Assembly: GCF_006345805.1 (NCBI RefSeq)
Contig: NC_042999.1
Location: 166,098,001-166,162,000, forward strand
DNA: 64,000 nucleotides
From: Octopus sinensis
Lineage: Eukaryota
Direction: 5' to 3'
Both the position numbers and the translations under genes were made by a program. Within the stretch, counting starts at the first letter, position 1. Each line of letters starts with the position of its first letter. Positions 39,901 to 49,640 of the stretch are shown in pieces. Below the pieces are notes generated by a model. That model saw nothing but the letters and a program-made list of their open reading frames with translations, was not told the origin of the DNA and searched no databases.

Positions 39901-42261
39901 ACAAGAAATGACAATGATACTGTATTGCAAGAGATTAAAGTTGAATAAAATTTAGTTAAAAATGAGCATTGATAGGCGCAGGAGTGGCTGTGTGGTAAGT
40001 AGCTTGCTAACCAACCACATGGTTGCGGGTTCAGTCCCACTGCGTGGCATCTTGGGCAAGTGTCTTCTGCTATAGCCCCGGGCCGACCAATGCCTTGTGA
40101 GTGGATTTGGTAGACGGAAACTGAAAGAAGCCTGTCGTATATATGTATATATATATATGTATGTGTGTGTGTTTGTGTGTCTGTGTTTGTTCCCCTAGCA
40201 TTGCTTGACAACCGATGCTGGTGTGTTTATGTCCCCGTTACTTAGCGGTTCGTAAAAAATAAGACCGATAGAATAAGTACTGGGCTTACAAAGAATAAGT
40301 CCCGGGCTCGATTTGCTCGACTAAAGGCGGTGCTCCAGCATGGCCGCAGTCAAATGACTGAAACAAGTAAAAGAGTTAAAAAGAGTTATTGAGTTAACGT
40401 TTTGGAGAAAAAGACTGATACTTCTGCATTGAAGAAAATGGGATCATTTTTGATAGATACAATACAATTAAGGGCATTACTAATAAAATTTTGGGCAAAG
40501 AAACGTTTCATTTTTAGTAGATATAGGAAAAATATTTTTGAGCCAGTCGGTCTATTTTTGTTTTTTGTTGTTTTTCTTGGTTCAAAATGTGGGTGGTTGT
40601 TTTTTTTATTTCATACATAAAATTGTGATTGTCATATGTTGCAGTAAAATTGAAATAGATCTGTTTCCTTTGGTTGCTTTATTGTTTCTAATGTTGTTAA
40701 TGGGAAGTTTATAGCTACGCAGGTAGACAAGAACTGCTAGCATCACATAAAGGCTGGAGTGAGGTTAGAACTATTGAAATTAGGAATAATGATACTTTAG
40801 CCTCATTTACAACCTGTCTGTTTTACATATTTTCTTGTTATTGCATTGACATTTGCCCTGCAATTAAAAATGATTAGTTATAAAGGAAGCTATACCTGTT
40901 AAAACTGTTTTGTGGTTTCATTTGCTGATTTGGTAGGATAGCAGACCATCAGTTAAAGGGTTGGCAGTTCATATCTTGCCACTGGTACTGAGCTGCATTA
41001 ATAAACAAGATATCTAAATTTTAGTGATCCAGTTCACCCAAATGATGATATCTGACATTTGATTCTAAGTAATTTGGGTGTGCTGAATGCAAATTTCAAC
41101 TTGGTCCTGATTCTTATCAACAGCCTATGTGCCATTTTCCAGATTTCTCCAGTAAGGACTAAAAAATTAAGTCATGTGTTCAAATTTATTTTCCAGATTC
41201 ATGAATACAAGCAGTTCAAATTACTGTAAACTTATAATGATTGAAATGACTTACAATAAAAAAAAAAAAAGAAGAGATCTGAAGCTTTCATTCTGGCCAA
41301 AATGTTTCTCTTTTAAGGCTTTCTAGCATATTTGCCTGTTGATGGCAGGTCCCTTTTCAAGCACCAACAGCAATCTGCCCTCATGTGCGAATCCCAGTGT
41401 CCTTGGTACTGTTCCTCCATAGTTTTGATATCTTGGTGGAATCTCTCCTCTTGTTTGTCACTTAGAGCACCTAAATTACTTGGAAATTGGTCAAGATGGC
41501 TATTCAAAAAATGTATTTTTATGCTCATATTGCAACCTACCTCTTTGTAGATCCTTAAAAGTTTTCTTTTTTTACTATTGTTGAACAACAACATTTTGAT
41601 ATTATTTCCCATTCTGGCATGTGTTGGACATTCCAATCTGTTATCATCCCTTCTGCAAAGCCTACCATCATAGAATTTTACCTTCTCACCAATTCTTCAG
41701 ATCTTCCTGGTTTAAATTACATTACATAACATAAATTAGCATTAACCCTTTCACTGTGGAGATTAAACTATATCTGCTCAAACTTTCATTGCCCATAACT
41801 ATGGAATGCAGTGTTATATACCAATCTATGTTTTGTTGAGGAATGTCATGTTTGAAACTATTTTTTGTTGAAATATATCAAGTTTGTAGCAATGTGGCTT
41901 TCAGAAAATACCAATTCCATTCTTTGATAACTATTTAACATCATTACTGGAATGACCCTGAAATTTAATTTTGCACTTAAAGAGTTAAAAGAAATAGTTC
42001 ATGTTTGCTAATTTTTTTCTAACTCACACCTGAGATATATAAATGTTATAATCAATTGACTTATTTTTACTTCCAGGCTTTGGTAGCATTGGCACTGTGA
42101 TAGAAGGACCAATCATTGGTATTGCATCAGCTAGGTACGGCTGGTCAGGAATGTTCTATCTAATGATTGGATTGTCTTTGATAGGAACTTTAACTGTGTT
42201 TAAGGCAGCCTACACACAGAAAACTATAGACACACAGAATGCTGTCTTCCAAGAAGTGTAG
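2313..42261 (+). CDS. SLC37-like: Spliced gene, 13 exons, 424 aa: MFS organophosphate:Pi antiporter (SLC37/GlpT/UhpC-like sugar-phosphate exchanger)
   Basis: Exons 2313-2417, 10011-10103, 14485-14565, 16655-16723, 20228-20353, 21695-21754, 23770-23842, 28831-28891, 29816-29906, 31556-31650, 32911-33071, 39229-39303, 42077-42261 join in frame (1275 nt, ATG to TAG), and all introns are GT..AG. Motifs: TM1 YLLRK, MFS motif A GSVGDKIGPR, WPNCVKVLGEWF, TM7 KVVRY..MWLPMYL, FEVGGVLGS, GPDS, and GWSGMF near the C-terminus. The exact SLC37 paralogue was not determined. Confidence 0.92.
4643..5000 (+). mobile_element. tRNA-derived SINE, family A
   Basis: Head AGGAGTGGCTGTGTGGTAAG (A box) ... GGTTCAGTCCC (B box), internal (TA)/(TG) tract, shared tail. 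Confidence 0.85.
10011..10103 (+). CDS. SLC37-like exon 2 (VKTDLEQSLNIPKEKLGWLDTALLLPYAVMQ)
   Basis: Acceptor tttattccAG, weak donor CAG|GTTGAT, phase 0/0, TM2-like LG.L....LL.YA. Confidence 0.88.
10458..10845 (+). mobile_element. Full-length tRNA-derived SINE, family B, with 10-bp TSD
   Basis: Head GGAGGCGCAATGGCCCAGTAGTTAGG, B box GGTTTCGATTCC, CpG-rich (young). TSD ACTTTATACA at 10448-10457 and 10846-10855. Confidence 0.88.
11400..12230 (-). mobile_element. Degenerate RLE-type non-LTR retrotransposon 3' part (Hero/NeSL-like)
   Basis: Minus strand gives SCSKALGKG (remnant of the CCHC region), RPDMIL, and LVELWQNNGWQARCDPIKVRYRGFSGQFLNRAHSMFGIT (ORF 11585..11803), matching the C-terminal restriction-like endonuclease region. 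Frameshifted. Confidence 0.7.
12275..12590 (-). mobile_element. Degenerate RTE LINE RT fragment
   Basis: Minus strand gives FGFVPERGTINVTILVRQLLEKYLA, homologous to the RTE RT at 48549..49412. Confidence 0.7.
12628..13677 (+). mobile_element. 5'-truncated RTE LINE (ORF2 C-terminus, 3' UTR, (GAT)n tail)
   Basis: ORF 12730..13110 with LERNEASMIRWMC, RRLRWYGHV and GRGRPRKTW; 3' UTR with repeated GGTGGCACGTAAAAAGCACC units; tail aaacgatgatgatgat. Confidence 0.92.
14485..14565 (+). CDS. SLC37-like exon 3 (ILLGSVGDKIGPRKTFGFCLVFSGLSM)
   Basis: Acceptor ctttcAG, donor ATG|GTAAGT, MFS motif A. Confidence 0.92.
16244..16602 (-). mobile_element. SINE family A
   Basis: Reverse-complement match to the other family A copies; ends about 50 bp before exon 4. 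Confidence 0.8.
16655..16723 (+). CDS. SLC37-like exon 4 (MTFGMWSNFSMFFILLFLNGTAQ)
   Basis: Acceptor ttacttccAG, donor CAG|GTAAAG, phase 0/0. Confidence 0.9.
17690..18290 (-). mobile_element. Degenerate RTE LINE 3' fragment
   Basis: ORF 17727..18002 contains RKTWDEVVRTNL; upstream peptides resemble the RTE post-RT region. Confidence 0.75.
19130..19500 (-). mobile_element. Mariner-type transposase N-terminal fragment (pseudogenised)
   Basis: Minus strand gives KEHIRHILLYEFNKG ... VEELAEKLGFGHSTI..L.AIRKVSKLGQWVPHKLSE, i.e. the HTH and the WVPHEL-like motif of mariner transposases. Confidence 0.85.
19961..20198 (-). mobile_element. Chimeric SINE: family B head, family A tail, oligo(A)
   Basis: 20198-20031 matches the first ~170 nt of the family B SINE at 10458; 20030-19981 matches the family A 3' end; T20 lies at 19961-19980. 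Confidence 0.75.
20228..20353 (+). CDS. SLC37-like exon 5 (AQCWPNCVKVLGEWFPERIRNSVFGMFGTCAFGGGIIGTALA)
   Basis: Acceptor tttgcAG, donor GCA|GTAAGT, WP...K.L..WF motif of OPA transporters. Confidence 0.93.
21695..21754 (+). CDS. SLC37-like exon 6 (VYLQTSYGWRKSFTLPSIIV)
   Basis: Acceptor tctttctccaacAG, donor GTT|GTAAGT, GWR motif before TM6. Confidence 0.92.
23604..23692. repeat. Compound (CA)n(CT)n microsatellite just upstream of exon 7
   Basis: Directly visible dinucleotide tracts. Confidence 0.95.
23770..23842 (+). CDS. SLC37-like exon 7 (FSFGILVFVLFKQPNELNIEVPGK + g)
   Basis: Acceptor tctctttcAG, donor AAG|GTGACA, phase 0/1. Confidence 0.85.
24337..24765. repeat. Local tandem duplication (~160 and ~210 bp copies), second copy interrupted by (TA)n
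   Basis: tgtgatgaggg.ttaagg.ttattaacc ... tgtttcc.taaaga.aaatcttcaaa.cattct ... caaagtcagattcaaa ... gttttaaaa occurs at 24337-24494 and 24558-24765. Confidence 0.85.
26260..26842 (-). mobile_element. Interspersed retroelement-like repeat with (ATT)n tail, flanked by (TAA)n
   Basis: About 580 bp of mixed composition bounded by (TAA)n tracts on both sides; family not identified. Confidence 0.45.
27287..27689 (+). mobile_element. SINE family A, near full length, young
   Basis: Nearly identical to 39975-40386 and to the reverse complement of 55073-55475; A and B boxes present. Confidence 0.92.
28831..28891 (+). CDS. SLC37-like exon 8 (ENQNLTEEKKKMSFLEIMKIP), central loop
   Basis: Acceptor ccatttcacAG, donor CC|GTAAGC, phase 1/2, joins exons 7 and 9 in frame. 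Confidence 0.88.
29816..29906 (+). CDS. SLC37-like exon 9 (MVFDVALAVFCLKVVRYCMFMWLPMYLYNE)
   Basis: Acceptor cactttccAG, donor GAG|GTAAGA, TM7 RY....W.P.YL motif. Confidence 0.93.
31002..31215. mobile_element. piggyBac-like MITE
   Basis: TTAA on both sides (30998-31001, 31216-31219); TIR CCCTTTCGTTA / TAATGAAAGGG. Confidence 0.75.
31556..31650 (+). CDS. SLC37-like exon 10 (LKYSKSQAGIFSIAFEVGGVLGSALIGFIMDR)
   Basis: Long pyrimidine tract then ctAG, donor AG|GTAGGT, FEVGG..GS..G...D motif. Confidence 0.93.
32911..33071 (+). CDS. SLC37-like exon 11 (FFSKGPLFGTGISVLLSAISLLLFSWTSHWGLHFNNVFMFLAGAFNCGPDSIL)
   Basis: Acceptor ttttctgtAG, donor TAG|GTCAGT, phase 2/1, two TM segments. Confidence 0.92.
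33234..33463 (+). mobile_element. tRNA-related SINE, family C; many older copies elsewhere (e.g. 5080-6060, 9700-9900, 27705-27920, 61230-61625, 62125-62340)
   Basis: GCGGCGAGCTGGCAGAAACGTTAGCACGCCGGGCG head, GTTCAAATTCC B-box-like motif, shared ctttgcctttcatcctttcggggtcgataaa core. Confidence 0.85.
33582..33788. mobile_element. Tc1/mariner-type MITE
   Basis: TA TSD (33580-81, 33789-90); ~29-bp TIRs CAAGGGGCTGCTGAAAAGTTTCTGGCTTT / AAAGCCAGGAACTTTTCAGCTCCCCCTTG. Confidence 0.85.
34864..35079. mobile_element. piggyBac-like MITE
   Basis: TTAA|CCCTT ... AAGGG|TTAA; a related internal sequence lies in reverse orientation near 22700-22900. Confidence 0.7.
35254..35663 (+). mobile_element. Non-autonomous Helentron/HINE (DINE-1-like) element
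   Basis: Subterminal inverted repeats ACCTCCGCCAAG (35259-35270) and CTTGGCAGAGGT (35625-35636), internal gtct microsatellite, 3' hairpin GCACTC-TGTT-GAGTGC followed by TTTTCTAGT. Confidence 0.75.
35974..36580 (+). mobile_element. RTE LINE 3' end with (GAT)n tail; further RTE 3'-UTR fragments at ~15290-15560, 16890-17200, 20395-20510, 22150-22330, 28230-28525, 34250-34865, 38060-38610
   Basis: Same 3' UTR modules and catggaaa..acgttaaacgatgatgat tail as 12628-13677. Confidence 0.85.
36630..36939. mobile_element. Fold-back Penelope-like (pLTR-derived) element containing a perfect 164-bp palindrome, flanked by (TA)n
   Basis: Base-by-base perfect inverted repeat 36776-36939 centred on TTC|GAA; each arm reads GAAAC-ACGT-GTA...AATAAA; the whole unit is homologous to 38745-39200. 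Confidence 0.7.
37872..38713. mobile_element. hAT-type MITE with a nested RTE 3' fragment
   Basis: TIR CAGTGGTTCTCAAC / GTTGAGAACCACTG; degenerate 8-bp TSD GTTTAACT / GTTTGACA. Confidence 0.8.
38745..39200. mobile_element. Fold-back Penelope-like (pLTR-derived) element with hammerhead, flanked by (TA)n
   Basis: 69-bp inverted arms at 38889-38957 and 39132-39200 (65/69 identical by hand), an internal hammerhead, and a perfect 70-bp palindrome at 39064-39133. Confidence 0.75.
38934..39032 (-). ncRNA. Type I hammerhead ribozyme motif
   Basis: Minus strand: UUCCUUGUCUUUC CUGAUGA GAAGGUGGCAUA..UAUGCAGCCUUC GAAA CAUAUG UU GAGAAUAAAGGAA. Stem I is 4 bp + 3x3 internal loop + 6 bp; stem II is closed by G10.1-C11.1; stem III is short with a palindromic AUAU loop; the triplet is GUU. 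Confidence 0.85.
39229..39303 (+). CDS. SLC37-like exon 12 (GAAVPSKIGELNGRNAGAAVVGFVN)
   Basis: Acceptor ctttgtcacAG, donor ATG|GTAAGC, phase 1/1. Confidence 0.9.
39975..40386 (+). mobile_element. SINE family A, full length
   Basis: Head GGCGCAGGAGTGGCTGTGTGG through tail gactgaaacaagtaaaagag. Confidence 0.92.
41020..41700 (-). mobile_element. DNA transposase C-terminal fragment, Chapaev-3 (CMC)-like
   Basis: ORF 41313..41636: GCNMSIKIHFLNSHLDQFPSNLGALSDKQEERFHQDIKTMEEQYQGHW...ADCCWCLKRD. The motif is recognised as a widespread DNA transposase C-terminus; the superfamily assignment is from memory and is less certain. Confidence 0.7.
42077..42261 (+). CDS. SLC37-like exon 13, terminal (GFGSIGTVIEGPIIGIASARYGWSGMFYLMIGLSLIGTLTVFKAAYTQKTIDTQNAVFQEV*)
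   Basis: Acceptor tttacttccAG, TM11-TM12, TAG at 42259-42261. Confidence 0.93.
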
Positions 42262-43639
42262 CATTTCTGCAGAAAGAACAGTTTTTGTTTGAAATATTTT
42301 TTTAATTGAGTGATGGTTTTCACTCAAAACCCATTTAAATATGGTTTTCTGCTATATTGGTACATTTGAGTACAATAATAGTATTTTTTACAGGTATATG
42401 TTTACTTAAGTTGATCATTATGGAACCAAGAACTGTATTTATTTATGGGTACTCTTCACAGTTAATGTAATGTAAGACCGTCACAGTGTTTGCATTACGT
42501 ATCACCTGTGGACATTTTGTCCTCATATAAATACTGTGAATAACTAATAACATGTAATATTTCATGAATACATTAATTTTATTACATAGATATTTATCAC
42601 TTTAAACTGACTGCGAAATATATCCTGTGGAAGCATATCAAATCTCACCAGTCCATGTATATATTTGATGTCCACTGTTAGGTAACCTATTTGGACAGTT
42701 CATCTGTGACTATATTTCATAATAGCTTTTATCTCTTGTTATTTATCTCAATTTGTTTTTACTCAGAAAATTTACAATTTATAACATCTTCCTCTAGTTA
42801 AAAAAAGATGTTTTTGTGAAGTTTTGAATGCAAGTTCAATGTGGTTTAGAGTAAATGAGTATTGGGAATATGTTTTTAGAAATACTCGTTTATATAGAAG
42901 ATAAGAAGGATCCCAGTAATACTTAGATATGTGGTATTCATCTTGCACACTAATATGTAGGATAAATGCAGTCAGTTAGTTAACTGTTGCCCTTAAGATA
43001 TGTTATTGATCTTTTATGTTTTGGAACTTTTACATTTGATCTTTGTTTCTTATCAATCAATGGCTAATCAGCATTATTCATCTTAGTTGGGTTTTAAAAT
43101 GTGGGATGCAGTGTTTAAGCCATTTTATGAGAATATTTCTTTTGTAAGTGGTAATAAAGGGCTGTAACTAAAAATCTGAACCCTATAGTATTGGAAACTG
43201 ACTTGTACAGTGTTCATCATTTAGTAAATATTATTGTTTTAAACAGATCTAATTTTTTATGATTCTTAAAAAAGTTAAACCATCAAATGAACTGGATAAT
43301 TGTAACCATTTTTCAATTGTCTAGCATCATGTATTTACTTACAGGCTTCTATCAGAAAAGTATTTTCTAAAAGTTTGATCATAGTAAATATCACAGTAAC
43401 TTTTATCACCTGTTCATGCAAATTTGATGTTTTGGGTCAGTTAAGGGATTTGTTGTATCGCCAAAATATCACTGGGAATGAAGGGTACATTTTATTGATG
43501 TCACATTACAGAATATATAAAAAAATTAAGTAGAATAGATGAATTGTGACAGCAAAATCAATTCACTTCTGGGACTTGACATAATTTATATTGAATTTGT
43601 GAAGAAAAATAGTATTCTTTGATTTTTTTTAAAACATTG

Positions 43640-43645
43640 AATAAA
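43640..43645 (+). promoter_or_regulatory. Candidate polyadenylation signal of the SLC37-like gene (3' UTR about 1.4 kb)
   Basis: AATAAA followed by T/GT-rich sequence, at the end of a repeat-free AT-rich stretch after the stop. A second AATAAA lies at 43153-43158. Confidence 0.45.
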
Positions 43646-43993
43646 TATTTATTTTTGGATCTAAGGTCTTGTATTTGCTTTTTATTATTTTATTACTGGC
43701 ATTTATTTCATAATCAAGTTGTGCTGCTTGGTAACGAAGGCCTTTCAATGAATGTTGTTGTGAATATATGGATATCCTTTCTACTTCAAGTTTTGAAAGC
43801 TTTTACTTCTTATCTGTACATCGAAGCAGGCACAAACACACATACTATGGATGCCTCACAACACAACAAGGTTATGTAATTTACAATAGCACCACTTGGT
43901 TCCAGATTTAGACTTACTTTGCAACATCTTAGACATGTGTTTTCTACCATAAACTTTGCTTGATAAATATCACGAGCAGAATTTGGCAGACAG

Positions 43994-44841
43994 TGGCAGT
44001 GAAACATGGACCGTGACTGCTGAGGATATGCGTAAGCTCGCAAGAAATGAAGCCAGTATGCTCCGATGGATGTGTAATGACAGTGTACATACTCGACAGA
44101 GTGTAAGTACCTTGAGAGAAAAGTTGGAGCTAAGAAGCATCAGTTGTGGTGTGCAAGAGAGACGATTGCGCTGGTATGGTCATGTGGTGAGAATGGATGA
44201 AGATAGTTGTGTGAAAAAGTGTCACACCCTAGCGGTTGAGGGAACCTGTGGAAGAGGTAGACCTAGGAAAACCTGGGATGAGGTGGTGAAGCACAACCTT
44301 TGAACAGTAGGTCTTACCAAGGCAATTACTTTGGAAGTATGCTGTGTGTGAGAAGACCTGGCAGGACAAGTGAGACCATAATCCGTGGCCCTTACCTGGG
44401 ATGTAGCCAGTCCACTTATGCATACCTTTCCTTCTTGGGACACAAAACTCTACTTGCGAACACCTGTTGAGGCTAGTGAAATTGAAATCAATCAAAAATC
44501 AATGGAAATTGTAGTTGTGATACCAGTGCCGGTGGCATGTAAAAGAACCATCCGAATGTGGCCGTTGCCAGCGCCGCCTCAACTGGCCTCCGTGCCGGTG
44601 GCACGTAAAAAGCACCAACCGATCGTGGCCATTGCCAGCCTCGCCTGGCACCTGTACCGGTGGCATGTAAAAAGCACCCACTACACTCATGGAGTGGTTG
44701 GCGTTAGGAAGGGCACCCAGCTGTAGAAACACTGCCAGATCAGACTGGGCCTGGTTCAGCCTCCTGGCTTCCCAGACCCCGGTCGAACCGTCCAACCCAT
44801 GCTAGCATGGAAAGCGGACGTTAAACGATGATGATGATGAT
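43994..44841 (+). mobile_element. 5'-truncated RTE LINE
   Basis: ORF 43956..44303 (SETWTVTAEDMRKL..RRLRWYGHV..GRGRPRKTW), 3' UTR and (GAT)n tail. Confidence 0.93.
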
Positions 44842-45046
44842 ATATATATATATGCACATACACACACATACATATGTATATACATATATATATATATATA
44901 CATACACACATACATATGTATATACATATATATATATATATACATACACACATATATATATATATACATATACATACACGCACTTATACATATATATATA
45001 TATAATATATATATATATATACATACACACACATACATACGTACAT

Positions 45047-45080
<34 letters not shown>

Positions 45081-45085
45081 CTGCA
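44841..45085. repeat. Compound (TA)/(TACA)/(CA) microsatellite; similar fields at 49900-50260, 51310-51680, 51985-52080
   Basis: Directly visible; source of several spurious Y/I/H/T/V/C-rich ORFs. Confidence 0.95.
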
Positions 45086-45934
45086 TGTATATAAAAGGCA
45101 AGATGTGTGTGTGTGTGTACATGTAATTTATGCACATCCATAAATTAGCTTGCATGTCGCTCCAATTTTAGGAGGACATTCGTCATTATCATAGCTGTAT
45201 TTTCATCAAATTATTTCCCCCTGAGGCACCAGTGAATAGTGGTAAAAATAAATTTTCAATCATAGCTTAACAATTTTCACGGCGTAGAAATCCACCATTT
45301 TTTTTTACAAACACGAGTTAAGTCCTCTTCTAGCGACGGTGTAAAGAGAGAGAGATAACAGATTTTTAAAATTTCGTCTTTTTACTGAATGATTGACAGG
45401 CAAAAACAGACAGAGAGGTGCTGTTATGTATGTATGTATGTATGTGTGAATGGCTTCAGTCACACACACAGACGAGCATGTATGCAATGTGTGTGTGTGT
45501 GTTACCCATAATAATCATATCTCCCTGAGAAAGTGTATTTGTAAAATTTCATTACTAAATATGCGTGTAGGGGATTATTATGTATGTGTATCTGTATTTA
45601 TATATATGTGTGTATGAGAAAGGTGCATATGTATGGGTACATATGTATGTGTATATGTATATATATATATATATATGTAAGGTATACTAGCCATCTCAAT
45701 ATGGCTAACCAATAAGGGTGGGTGTTACTGTAGCTTGAAGCCCCAGGAGATCATCGTCTCCAGCTGGCTTTAGGCACACTTTCTGTGTCCTTATGGTATT
45801 TGCAAAGGGAGGACATCCCTCTCTCATCAACCTAAGTGATACGCACGGACTGCAGTTTCTAGGTATTTGCCTGTCTTCAGCGTACGGCAATCACCGGTTT
45901 TCGATGAAGGGAGACCGTTTGCAAATCCCTATTT

Positions 45935-46832
45935 AGGTATTTCTCCTGCAGCTGTCTTACCAAAAATATGGCATCAGTGGTGCTTTTCCCTGGTACGAAA
46001 CCAAACTGCATCTCATCCAAGCTGACTCTCTCCCTAATCAGTTGGGCTATGACCCTCTCCGTAACCTTCATTACCTAATCCAACAGCTTGATATCTCCGT
46101 AATTATTTGTATCTCGGGCGTCACCTTTACCTTTGTAGCAGTTGACTATTATGCTGCTACACCAGTCATTGGGTATGACTCCTTCCTGTATCAGTTGATT
46201 GAATATATGGCTGACTAGACTATAGCCAACACTGCCAGTTATTTTTAGCATCTCTGCTGTGATTCCTGATGGGCCAGAGGCTTTCTCCATCTTCATACAC
46301 TTTATTGCTTTATCTACCAAGGTACTGTCAATTTGGATAGCTGATCCCACTGCTGGGTCGACATTCGGTAGATTCTCTTTCTCCCATTCATTCTCTTCAT
46401 TTAGCAATCTTTCATAGTGACACCTCCAAGTCTCTGTCCTTGCAGCCTCATTAAATGCAAGAGAGCCATCATCCATGCAGACACATTTCTCTCCTATGAC
46501 ATCATGATTCTCTCTCACACACTGTCTTGCAACACAAAAGACCTCAAGTCTTTGGTCCTCATGACGCAGAACATTGGAAAATTTTTTTCTTATCTGCTTC
46601 CCCTCTGGCTAAATAAACCTGTCTCTTAGCTTCCCTTCTGGCAGTCTGATATAATTCCCTGCTACCACCGTTCTTCCAGTCCTTCCAAGCCTGTTTCTTT
46701 TGTCTAATGGCCCTGTCAACAACATTGTTCCACCACCAACATTATTTTGGGTCGGGAGGGGACTTTTCACCACCCACAGATCTGGTCGGTGGCCCTTAGC
46801 AGGTTGTCCTGTAGGAACCTCCAGTTGTCTTC
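45935..46832 (-). mobile_element. RTE LINE internal fragment (linker and start of RT)
   Basis: WWNNVVDRAIRQKKQAW, ASGPSGITAEMLK, WCSSIIVNCYKGKGD, EMQFGFVPGKSTTDAIFLVRQLQEKYL; paralogous to 48549-49640. Confidence 0.9.
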
Positions 46833-47102
46833 TATATATATATATATATATACATATACACATAAATACATACATACACACACACATATATACATATACA
46901 CACTCATTCATACATACATGTATGTGTATATATATTTATATATTCATGGTTGGTTGCTGACATTTTTTGCTCTGTAAGGATTTTGTCCTATATATACTGT
47001 TCTATCAGTACTTGCGTGTTGAAAACTTTCTACTTCTACTACAATACATTTCATCACTTCAAAAACAAACTTATCTTTATTTACATATGATGTAATATTT
47101 AT

Positions 47103-49640
47103 ATCATCATCATCATCATCACCCTTTAACGTCCACTTTCCAAGCTAGCATGGGTTGGACGATTTGACTGAGGACTGGTGAACCAGATGGCTGCGCCAGG
47201 TTCCAATCTGATCTGGCAGAGTTTCTATAGCTGGATACCCTTCCTAACACCAATCACTCCTAGAGTGTAGTGGGTGCTTTTACGTGCCACCGGCACGAGG
47301 GCCAGTCTGGCGGTACTGGCAACGGCCATGTTCGAAATAGTGTATTTTACTTGCCACCTGCACTGGCACGACCTCACTCAAATGTTTTCTTCACGTGCCA
47401 CTGGCACAAGTGCCAGTAAGGAGACGCTAGTAACGATCACGTTCAAATGATGCTTTTTACGTGCCCACCAGCATGGAAGCCAGACAGCTGCTCTGGCAGT
47501 GATCCCGCTCTGATGGAGCTGTTAGCGCTCCACTGGCACGGGTGCCAGTCATCGAATTTAGTTCAATTTAGATTTCACTTGCCCCAACAGGTCTTCGCAA
47601 GCAGAGTTTAGTGTCCAATGAAGGGAAGTTGGCATGGGTGCCAGTCGTTGAATTTGGTTCGATTTCAAATTCAATTTCGATTTCACTTGCCTCAACAGGA
47701 CTTCGCAAGCAGAGTTTTGTGTCCAATGAAGAAAGGTATGCATAAGTGGGCTGGCTACATCTCTGGTAAAGGCCATGGGTTATGGTCTCACTTGTCCTGC
47801 CGGGTATTCTCACGCACAGCATACTTCTAAAGGTCTCAGTCACTAGTCATTGCCTTGGTGAGGCCTAAAGTTTGAAGGTCGTGCTTCACCACCTCGTCCC
47901 AGGTTTTCCTGGGTCTACCTCTTCCACAGGTTCCCTCAACTGCTAGGGTGTGGCACTTTTTCACACAGCTATCTTCATCCATTCTCATCACATGACCATA
48001 CCAGCGCAAACGTCTCTCTTGCACACCACAACTGATGCTTCTTAGCTCCAACTTTTCTCTCAAGGTACTTACACTCTGTCGAGTATGTACACTGACATTA
48101 CACATCCATCGGATCATACTGGCTTCATTCTTTGCGAGCTTACGCATGTCCTCAGCAGTCATGGCCCATGTTTTACTGCCATGTAGCATGGCTGTTCGTA
48201 CTCATGCGTCATAGAGTCTGCTTTTTACTCTGAGCGAGAGGCCCTTTGTCACCAGCAGAGGTAAGTTCTCTCTGAACTTTGCCCAGGCTATTCTTATTCT
48301 AGCAGTTACACTTTCAGCACACCCGCACCCACTACTGACTTGGTCACCTAGGTAACGGAAGCTATCAACTACTTCTAGTTTTTCCCCCGTGAATGTGGCG
48401 AAAGTTGTTCTCTGCACATTTTCAGTGTTTATTGCTCCTGAGCATCTGCCACATACAAAAACTATCTTCCTAGTTAGCCTTCCTTTGACATTGCTGCACC
48501 TCTTATGTGTCCATTGCTTACACTGGGTACATCTTTTAGAGTTTCTACCTACATCTTTTCTACAGATCGAGCAGGGCCATCTACCAGAAGGGGTTTGTGG
48601 TTTGCCGCCTTCCTACTTATTAGGACTTTGGTTTTAGCTAGGTTGACTCTAAGGCCCTTCCATTCTAATCCTTGTTTCCACACTTGAAACTTCTCTAGTT
48701 CTGATAGTGACTCAGCAATTAGAGCAAGGTCATCAGCATAGAGGAGCTCCCAGGGGCATCCTGTCTTGAATTCCTCCGTTATTGCCTGGAGGACTATGAT
48801 AAATAGGAGGGGGCTGAGGACTGAACCTTGGTGGACCCCAACCGCTACCCAGAATTCTTCACTGTACTCGTTGCCAACCCTCACCTTACTAGCAGCGTCT
48901 CTGTACATGGCTTGCACAGCTCTCACTAACCATTCATCTATCCCTAGTTTCCTCATTGACCACCAGATAAGGGATCGGGAGACCCTGTTGAAGGCTTTCT
49001 CCATGTCAACAAAAGCCAGGTACAGGGGCTTATCTTTGGCTAGATATTTCTCCTGCAGCTGTCTTACCAGGAATATAGCATCAGTAGTACTTTTCTCTGG
49101 CACGAACCCAAACTGCATCTCATCTAAACTAACTCTCTCTCTAATTAGTTGGGCTATGACCCTCTCCATAACCTTCATGACCTGATCTAACAGCTTGATA
49201 CCCTGTAGGGCATCACCTTTACCTTTGTAGCAGTTGACTATTAAGCTGCTACACCAGTCATTGGGTATGACTCCTTTGTGTATCACCTGGTTAACTATAC
49301 GGGTGACTAGACTATAGCCGACACTATCAGATATTTTGAGCATCTCTGCAGTAATTCCTGATGGGCCTGGGGCTTTCCCTGTCTTCATGCTTCTAATTGC
49401 CTTAACTACCAAGGTACTGTCAATTCAGATAGCTGGTCACTCTGTTGGGTCGACATTCAGCAGACTCTCTTTATCCCATTCATTTTCTTTATTGAGCAAC
49501 CTTTCATAGTGGCGTCTCCAAACCTCTCTCTTTGCAGCCTCGTTTAGTGCAAGTGACCCATCATCCATACGGACACATTTCTCTCCTACGACATCACGAT
49601 TCTCTCTCACACGCTGTCTTGCAACACGAAAATACTTCAA
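47103..49640 (-). mobile_element. RTE LINE, ~2.5 kb, 5'-truncated, RT domain with YADD
   Basis: ORF 48549..49412 has QFGF, FVDMEKAFNRV, GVHQGSVLSPLLF and LLYADDL. Downstream frameshifted ORFs 48202..48417 and 47836..48189 follow, then the 3' UTR and a (GAT)n tail at 47103-47120. Confidence 0.95.
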
